Assembly (NCBI GenBank): GCA_965226495.1
Contig: OZ245365.1
Span: 3,104,001 to 3,168,000 of the forward strand
Source of the DNA: Candidatus Marinacidobacterales bacterium
GTDB lineage: Bacteria; Acidobacteriota; Vicinamibacteria; Marinacidobacterales; DATDRI01
DNA: 64,000 bases
Direction of reading: 5' to 3'
Shown here: one piece after another, positions 58,027 to 64,000 of the stretch
Layout: every line of letters starts with the position of its first letter
Position numbering within the stretch: position 1 is the first letter of the stretch
The notes under the pieces: generated by a model
The model's database searches: none
The model's input: the letters and a program-made list of their open reading frames with translations, nothing else
Told to the model about the DNA's origin: nothing
Program-made: the position numbers and the translations under genes

Positions 58027-58596
58027 ATGATGAGCCAGGCAGACCTCACCCGAAATGTGGGACGGGTCCGGGCCGGCGAATCCGATGCGTGGGGTCAGCT
58101 TTATGAGGAACTTGCTCCATCGGTCTTTCGTCTGTGCCGACGGGTCCTGCCGACTCGCCAGGACGCTGAGGATGCGACCACGGAGATTTTCTTGAAGGTG
58201 CGGCTGAGGCTCGATCAATACGATTCCGGGCGGCCGTTTCGACCGTGGCTCTATAAGCTAGCGTCGAATCATTGCTGGGACGAGTTGCGCAAGCGCCGGA
58301 CCCGGCGCGAAACCGAAGCAGGCGACCTGGACGCGCTGCACGTCGAGAGCTCCGAAGACAAACAGCCGGGTCCACTCGCGTCCCTCCTCGCCGAGCAGAA
58401 CAAGAAGGATATTCGCGGGGCGGTTGCCAAGCTCGGTGAGCGAGATCGTCTGGCGATCGCAATGCGCTACTTCGCGGAACTCAGCTATCAAGAGATCGCC
58501 GATGTGCTCGGAATCAATTCCTCGGCTGTCGGCGTTCTTCTCCTGAGGGCGCGGCGTCGACTTCGCCAAACGTTAGTGGAAGGGAGCAAGGAATGA
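58027..58596 (+). CDS. ECF sigma factor
   Basis: DAEDATTEIF; FRPWLYKLASN; LSYQEIADVLGI..LLLRARRRLR. Confidence 0.93.
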   Translation: MMSQADLTRNVGRVRAGESDAWGQLYEELAPSVFRLCRRVLPTRQDAEDATTEIFLKVRLRLDQYDSGRPFRPWLYKLASNHCWDELRKRRTRRETEAGDLDALHVESSEDKQPGPLASLLAEQNKKDIRGAVAKLGERDRLAIAMRYFAELSYQEIADVLGINSSAVGVLLLRARRRLRQTLVEGSKE

Positions 58597-60188
58597 CTCA
58601 CATCGACGAGCTCTCCTATCTGCGCTACCTGGACGGACAGCTTGCCTCGACCCGTGCCCGAGAGGTGGAAGAGCACACTCGGGCCTGCTTCGAGTGCAGC
58701 AAGAAATTCGATGCTTTGAAACACGAAACGGCCTTGCTCCGTAGTTCCTTAGTAGAGGCGGATGAAACACTACCGAAACAATTCGAGGCATCTCCCAGCG
58801 AGGAGCTCTCATGGGCATGGCTCAGCGTCCTTGGCCTCGCCGGCTTTGGGCTCTACATGCTGTGGGAATGGTTACTGATACCTTGGTGGCAGGGTCTGCA
58901 ATCCGTTGGAGTGGGACAGCAGACGATCCTTTCGATCCTGCTGTTCCGTGGGCTTCTGTGGGAAGGATGGTCGACGATGGCGGAAAAGGCGGTACAAGGT
59001 TTGATTCTAATCATCCTGACGGCCTTGCTGGCAACCATGGTGCATTGGGGCTCTCGTTTGCGTAGGAACTGGACGCGGATGATGGTCGCCCTGGTGTTGG
59101 TGCTCTTGTTCCCTCTCTCCACTCTGGCCGCGGAAATCGAAGCCGACCGAGACCACTACGTCCTTGCTGAAGGCGAGGTGATCGCTAACGATCTCATCGT
59201 CGTGGCAGAAACGGTCCGCATCGAAGGGACCATCGAGGGAGATCTGATCGCGGTCGCCCAATCGGTCACGGTGACCGGCCGAGTCGCCGGCGACGTACTC
59301 GCCGCAGTCCAGAAACTAATCATCGACGGCCGCGTCGACGGGAGCGTGCGCGCCGTGGCACAGTTCATCGATCTGAAGGGCTTCGTCGCAAGAAACGTCA
59401 CCGCTGCCGGCGAAAGCATCGAGCTCCACGCCGACGCCGTAGTAGACGGAAGCTTCACCTCTGCATCCGAGAAAGGCAGCGTCGATGGACAAGTGGGACG
59501 CGACCTCATCGTTTTCTCGGGAAAGAGCCGCGTCAACGGCCGCATCGGTGGAACAGTTCGGTTGGCGGGAGGAGCTATCACCATCGGTCCCGACTCCGAG
59601 ATTGGAGGCGACGTCCGCATCTTTACTAGTAAGGAGCCAGAGATTTCCCCGGAAGCGAGTCTTGCGAGCGAGCCGGAGATCGAGATCATCAAGGAGACGC
59701 CGGAGTATGCGAGTGCAGGAACTTATCTGTGGCCGGTCGTTTTCTGGGCGGCGGCCTTTGTGTACGGCTTGGTGATACTGCTAGTGCTGCCAAGATTCTT
59801 TGCTGGCGTGCTCGGCCGGATACCGAGGTACGGCCTTTCGATCGGCATTGGAGCCGCCGCTCTCGTAGCCGTTCCGGTGCTGGCCACAATGATCTCCATG
59901 ACGCTGGTCGGGCTCCCGGTTGGAATCCTCGCTTTCGTAGCCTATGTCGTAGCTCTCTACTCGGCACAGGTCTTCGTTGGGGCGTGGCTGGGACGAGAGC
60001 TGTTGGGGCCACCGCTAGGGCAAGGCGACGCTATCGGAAAGCTCGCCCTCGGGCTGGCCTTGATCCACATCGTGAAGCTCGTTCCGTTCGTTGGGTCGCT
60101 GGCGGATCTCGCGGTATGCTTGTGGGGCTTGGGCGCGCTCACCCTGTACTTCGTGCAGCCCCACGTGACGGAGACCGTAGCAGCCTAA
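58593..60188 (+). CDS. Zinc-finger (HxxxCxxC) anti-sigma fused to bactofilin-like beta-helix repeats and a C-terminal membrane domain
   Basis: EEHTRACFEC; TM helices; repeats G.I/V.GDL/GSV; about five C-terminal TMs; overlaps the sigma gene stop (ATGA). Confidence 0.8.
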   Translation: MTHIDELSYLRYLDGQLASTRAREVEEHTRACFECSKKFDALKHETALLRSSLVEADETLPKQFEASPSEELSWAWLSVLGLAGFGLYMLWEWLLIPWWQGLQSVGVGQQTILSILLFRGLLWEGWSTMAEKAVQGLILIILTALLATMVHWGSRLRRNWTRMMVALVLVLLFPLSTLAAEIEADRDHYVLAEGEVIANDLIVVAETVRIEGTIEGDLIAVAQSVTVTGRVAGDVLAAVQKLIIDGRVDGSVRAVAQFIDLKGFVARNVTAAGESIELHADAVVDGSFTSASEKGSVDGQVGRDLIVFSGKSRVNGRIGGTVRLAGGAITIGPDSEIGGDVRIFTSKEPEISPEASLASEPEIEIIKETPEYASAGTYLWPVVFWAAAFVYGLVILLVLPRFFAGVLGRIPRYGLSIGIGAAALVAVPVLATMISMTLVGLPVGILAFVAYVVALYSAQVFVGAWLGRELLGPPLGQGDAIGKLALGLALIHIVKLVPFVGSLADLAVCLWGLGALTLYFVQPHVTETVAA

Positions 60189-60236
60189 GGCGTTTTGTTC
60201 GGTTTCAAAGCCACGGCTCCGATAAGATGGTAGAAA

Positions 60237-60758
60237 ATGGTACTTAGGGCGATACAGCAGTTTTTCGATACCAGAATTCAGCCCGCTCCGAGTGGTCGGC
60301 AAACTGGTTCGGCAGGCCAGACCGCATCGGAGCACTCCCTGCAACTTGCAACCGCAGCGTTGCTGGTCGAGATGACGCGCGCCGATTTCAAGGTCGAAGA
60401 AAGCGAGCGACGCATGGTGGGAGAAGCGATCCGGCGCACTTTTGACCTATCGCCTGAGGAAACCGCGGAGCTCATTCGTCTCGCCGATGAGGAGTCGCGG
60501 CAATCGGTTTCGATTTACGACTTCACGCGGCTCATCGATCGCGGCTTTGCCGTGGAGCAAAAAAAGCACATCGTGGAGCTACTTTGGCGCGTGGCACTCA
60601 GCGACGACGAGCTCGAAAAGCACGAGGAGCATCTCATCCGAAAGATCTCCAAGCTCATTCACGTCCCCCACCCGGATTTCATCGACGCCAAGCTCAGGGC
60701 GCAGGCGTCCCTGAAGCGTGAAGCGGCTGAGGATAAACCGCCGCCAGAAGCCCCGTAA
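60237..60758 (+). CDS. TerB-family protein
   Basis: LATAALLVEMTRAD..ELLWRVALSDDELEKHEEHLIRKI. Confidence 0.85.
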   Translation: MVLRAIQQFFDTRIQPAPSGRQTGSAGQTASEHSLQLATAALLVEMTRADFKVEESERRMVGEAIRRTFDLSPEETAELIRLADEESRQSVSIYDFTRLIDRGFAVEQKKHIVELLWRVALSDDELEKHEEHLIRKISKLIHVPHPDFIDAKLRAQASLKREAAEDKPPPEAP

Positions 60759-60792
60759 AGGTTCGTTTCTTCAGAGTCCTTGGAATTTGGGG

Positions 60793-61863
60793 CTATTCCC
60801 TGGAGACGGCATCGGCGATGAAGCGACCGACTTCCTTCGTGGACTTGGCCTTATCCGAGCCCACTAGGTCCGCGGTCAAGAAGCCCTTTTCCATGGCGAC
60901 CTCGATCGCCCGGTCGATTGCGGCGGCCTCCTCGTTCAAATCAAAAGAGTAGCGGAGCATCATGGCCATCGAACCGATGGCACCGATAGGGTTCGCAATT
61001 CCTCTTCCGGCGATGTCGGGAGCGGAGCCGTGGACCGGTTCGTAGATCCCGACCTTCCCCCCGATGCTGGCCGAGGGCAGAAGTCCCAAAGAGCCGGCTA
61101 ACACCGACGCTTCATCGCTCAAAATGTCGCCGAAGAGGTTGCTCGTCACCATGACATCGAACTGCCGGGGGTTTGAGATGAGCTCCATCGCCGCCCGATC
61201 GACGTACATGTGATCGAGTCGAATGTCGGAGTATTCTTTACCGATCGACTCGACCACCTCGCGCCACATCTTAGACGTCTCGAGGACGTTGGATTTGTCC
61301 ACTGAAGTGACGTGCCCCTTCCTACCTTTCGCGGCTTCGAAGGCGACCCGTGCTATTCTTTCGACCTCTCCCGCCGTGTAAACAAGGGTATTCCAAGCGC
61401 GGGCCCCCGCTCCCTGCCCTTCCCTTCCGCGCGGCTCGCCGAAATACAGGCCGCCGATGAGCTCTCTGACAATAAGAACGTCCAAGCCCTTTAGAGCTTC
61501 ATCGCGGAACGGCGACCCCTCGGGATTGAATTGAGACACGATGGGACGAAGGTTCGCGAAATTGCCGAGGAGGAGACGCAGTCCCAGCAGCGCCGCCTCC
61601 GGGCGTTCACTGGGTGGGAATTTGTCATAGGCCGGATCGCCCACCGCGCCCAGGAACACCGCCTGGCTTTCGAGACAAGCCTTTCGCGTGTCGTCGGGGA
61701 AGGCCTTGCCAGACTGAGCGTAGGCGCGGGTTCCAAATGGGTGCTCCCGCGCCTCGAGGTCATGGCCGAAACGACCCGTCACGGCCTCGAGCACACGGAT
61801 GGCCTCTGCCGTAACTTCGGGACCGATGCCGTCTCCTGGAAGTGTTGTTATTTCGAGCTTCAT
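60793..61863 (-). CDS. leuB: 3-isopropylmalate dehydrogenase
   Basis: LPGDGIGPEV; RELIGGLYFG; VDKSNVL; NLFGDILSDEAS; YEPVHGSAPDIAG. Confidence 0.96.
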   Translation of the reverse strand: MKLEITTLPGDGIGPEVTAEAIRVLEAVTGRFGHDLEAREHPFGTRAYAQSGKAFPDDTRKACLESQAVFLGAVGDPAYDKFPPSERPEAALLGLRLLLGNFANLRPIVSQFNPEGSPFRDEALKGLDVLIVRELIGGLYFGEPRGREGQGAGARAWNTLVYTAGEVERIARVAFEAAKGRKGHVTSVDKSNVLETSKMWREVVESIGKEYSDIRLDHMYVDRAAMELISNPRQFDVMVTSNLFGDILSDEASVLAGSLGLLPSASIGGKVGIYEPVHGSAPDIAGRGIANPIGAIGSMAMMLRYSFDLNEEAAAIDRAIEVAMEKGFLTADLVGSDKAKSTKEVGRFIADAVSRE

Positions 61864-61902
61864 GGTCTCCTTTTATAGCGGGTGAATGCGGTTTTCCAAT
61901 CC

Positions 61903-61932
61903 AAAAAAAAGGGGGCGCCGAAGCGCCCCCCC
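61903..61932 (-). terminator. Intrinsic terminator in the leuB 5' leader (attenuator)
   Basis: Minus strand gggggcgc-ttcg-gcgccccc followed by T8, 39 nt before the leuB start. Confidence 0.85.
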
Positions 61933-61956
61933 GTACCCCTGTCGAGAACCGAAGGA

Positions 61957-62109
61957 CTAAGTGGAGTTGTTAAGGACGTGGATAAAGATGTAGCGGGCGT
62001 AAATAGCGGCTTGGATCGTTGGATGGGATTGGCACCGCATAATAAATTTTACGGGCCTCAAGAGGACCCTCGGTCGAATTAACCCTTCAGAGGAACGATA
62101 CGAATGCAT
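61957..62109 (-). CDS. Putative attenuation leader peptide (50 aa; 13 Ile/Leu/Val codons)
   Basis: MHSYRSSEGLIRPRVLLRPVKFIMRCQSHPTIQAAIYARYIFIHVLNNST*, between the promoter and the terminator. Confidence 0.55.
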   Translation of the reverse strand: MHSYRSSEGLIRPRVLLRPVKFIMRCQSHPTIQAAIYARYIFIHVLNNST

Positions 62110-62137
62110 ATTAATTTAAGCTAGATTGGGTAGAGAC

Positions 62138-62166
62138 ATCATATGGACCCGGCGGCGATCTGTCAA
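62138..62166 (-). promoter_or_regulatory. sigma70 promoter for leader-leuB
   Basis: Minus strand TTGACA-N17-TATGAT. Confidence 0.75.
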
Positions 62167-62413
62167 GCGGGAAGTCTTCATTCGGTGATCTTTCGCGCCG
62201 CTCCTCGTCAGAAAACACCGCCTTGGCTCATGCTCAGGGGTAAGTGATTTCCACAAGCCCTTTAATTACAACACTTGCCGCAGAACCCACGGGTAGATCT
62301 CCACACCGAGACTCCTATGGCGGCCGAGGTCGTGGACACGCTCTGCTCGAAAGTCGAGGATATTCTTCGCGCCCCTCAGCATTCGGATAGAATATGGGCA
62401 ACTGACCACTCCT

Positions 62414-64000
62414 ATGGCCTCTATCGAAGAGCTCGAACAAGAGTTAGCCGCACTCCCCGAGGACGAGTCGTCTGTCGAGGAGCGTATCGATCTGCTCAAC
62501 CGACTGGGGTGGGAGATCGGGTATCAAAACGTGGACCGAGCGGCCAAACTGACGGCGGAAGCCAAGACTCTGGCAACCGAGCGCTCCTATCAGAAGGGCA
62601 TCGCCTTCAGCCGGTTGAACGAGGCCTTCGGAGATTACTACTACGCGAAACACCAAAGGTCGCTCGTTGTTGCTCGCGAGGCTCTCGATTTGTTCCGCGA
62701 GATCGGCGAGCGCCACGGGGAGGCCGACTCTCTCTTTGGGCTTGGCATGATTCACTGGGCCTTGGGCGACTACGAAAAGGCGCTCCAACACATGCACGAC
62801 GGCCTGGCCATACTCCGCGAGGTCGAAAACCCGAGGCGCGAGGCGTGGATGGTCACGTCGATCGGTGGCGTCTACGAAAATCTGGGCGACCTCGACCAGG
62901 CGCTCGAGTTTCACAACCGAAGCCTCGAGCTCTTCCGTTCCGTCGGAGATCGAAACGGTGAAGGACGGTCCCTGACCGGTATCGGTACGGTCTACCAACG
63001 ACAGAACAAATACACGCGCGCCCTCGAGTACCATAGTAAGGCGCTCGAGCTTTTCAATGAAGTCGACAACAAGATGGGTATCTCGCGCGCTTTGAACGAT
63101 ATCGGTACCCTCCATCAAGCGCAGAACAGACTCGACCAAGCTCTTCAATTCCACACCGAAGCGCTCGAGATCCGGCAACAGCTCGGCACGAAGCACGCCG
63201 AGACAACGAGCCTCCTCAACCTAGGAAGGCTCTACAACCAAAAGAAAGAGCCTGAGACGGCACTTGGGTTCCTGGACCAAGCCCTGGCGTTCTCGACTGA
63301 GCTTGGTGCCAAACCAAAGATGTACCAGACTCACGAAGCGCTCTCCGAAACCCATGCCGCGCTGGGCGACTATGCCATAGCGCTCGAGCATGAACGCGCC
63401 TTCCACCGCATCAGGGAGGCCATCTTCAGCGACGAGTCCACCACCCGATTGAAGAATCTCCAAGTTAGCTTCGAGGTCGAAAAATCAGAAAAGGAAGCGG
63501 AGATCCACAGGCTACGGAACATAGAGCTCGCCGATGCGCTTCAAAGGCTAAAGGAAGCCCAGGCGCAGCTCATCCAGTCAGAGAAGATGGCGGCGGTGGG
63601 GCAACTGGTTGCCGGAGTCGCCCACGAGGTGAACACGCCGATCGGCGCCATCCAGAGCAATACCAACGTCTCACAGCGCGCCGTCGAAAAGATCGCGCGC
63701 GCTCTCGAATCGAGTAATTCGATCGACGAGCTCAAAGGCAATCGAGACCTTCAGCGAACGCTAGACACACTGAAGGCGAACAACGAAACCACCGAGACGG
63801 CGGGACGAAGAATCTCCGAACTCGTGAACCGTCTGAAAAACTTCGCCCGATTGGACGAAGCGGAGTTCAAGCTAGTCGACGTCCATGAGGGCTTGGAAAG
63901 TACTCTTAGTCTCATAATGCCCCAGCTGAAGGGCCGCATCCGGGTCGTAAAAGAGTTCGGGGTGCTACCGAAGATCGAATGCTACCCCAACGAACTGAAC
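62414..64000 (+). CDS. TPR-sensor histidine kinase (3' end outside the window)
   Basis: Open frame from ATG 62414 (MASIEELEQEL..) with TPRs (LGDYEKAL, LGDLDQALEFH), then LIQSEKMAAVGQLVAGVAHEVNTP H-box. Missing from the ORF track because no stop falls in the window. Confidence 0.9.
   Translation, partial: MASIEELEQELAALPEDESSVEERIDLLNRLGWEIGYQNVDRAAKLTAEAKTLATERSYQKGIAFSRLNEAFGDYYYAKHQRSLVVAREALDLFREIGERHGEADSLFGLGMIHWALGDYEKALQHMHDGLAILREVENPRREAWMVTSIGGVYENLGDLDQALEFHNRSLELFRSVGDRNGEGRSLTGIGTVYQRQNKYTRALEYHSKALELFNEVDNKMGISRALNDIGTLHQAQNRLDQALQFHTEALEIRQQLGTKHAETTSLLNLGRLYNQKKEPETALGFLDQALAFSTELGAKPKMYQTHEALSETHAALGDYAIALEHERAFHRIREAIFSDESTTRLKNLQVSFEVEKSEKEAEIHRLRNIELADALQRLKEAQAQLIQSEKMAAVGQLVAGVAHEVNTPIGAIQSNTNVSQRAVEKIARALESSNSIDELKGNRDLQRTLDTLKANNETTETAGRRISELVNRLKNFARLDEAEFKLVDVHEGLESTLSLIMPQLKGRIRVVKEFGVLPKIECYPNELN

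Noticed and set aside
62275-63196. Listed ORFs 62275-62961 (+) and 62444-63196 (-)
   Set aside because: They are alternate-frame or antisense shadows of the TPR histidine kinase starting at 62414.
1-64000. tRNA, rRNA, integrase or intact transposase genes
   Set aside because: None recognised by eye; a covariance-model scan would be needed to exclude small RNAs.

Overview
GC-rich bacterial DNA. Gene style (Tat-tagged HisC-like aminotransferases, TPR receptor kinases, REP-like mosaics) suggests an Acidobacteriota/Vicinamibacteria-like genome; this is inference only. (1) 1-4.4 kb: a frameshifted aldehyde dehydrogenase end, an XRE regulator, a RelE/ParE-type TA pair, palindrome-rich DNA with a Xer/dif-like site, and a duplicated, broken hypothetical gene between 28-bp inverted repeats. 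(2) 4.4-33.9 kb: a minus-strand four-gene operon encoding a PilP/GspC-like small protein, a 5985-aa secreted multidomain protein, a 3596-aa transglutaminase-fold/Rhs toxin with a PD-(D/E)xK-like tip, and a MORN-variant immunity protein. No T6SS genes are present. (3) 34-47 kb: two Tat-signal PLP aminotransferases, ilvBNC, an NRAMP-family transporter, ilvD, hydrolases, a HEAT protein and a modular repeat. (4) 47.5-57.7 kb: a mini membrane-fusion protein, a C39-peptidase ABC exporter pair, and an unannotated 19-codon precursor peptide (MKVKTKLKAG|WSIRRGRGK) with its own sigma70-like promoter, facing a TPR receptor Ser/Thr kinase and a second kinase. (5) 58-64 kb: an ECF sigma/anti-sigma pair, TerB, leuB with a promoter-leader-terminator attenuator, and a TPR histidine kinase that runs off the end. 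The best candidates for new systems are the peptide export/receptor kinase locus and the giant Rhs delivery operon. Several small frameshifts may be assembly errors.
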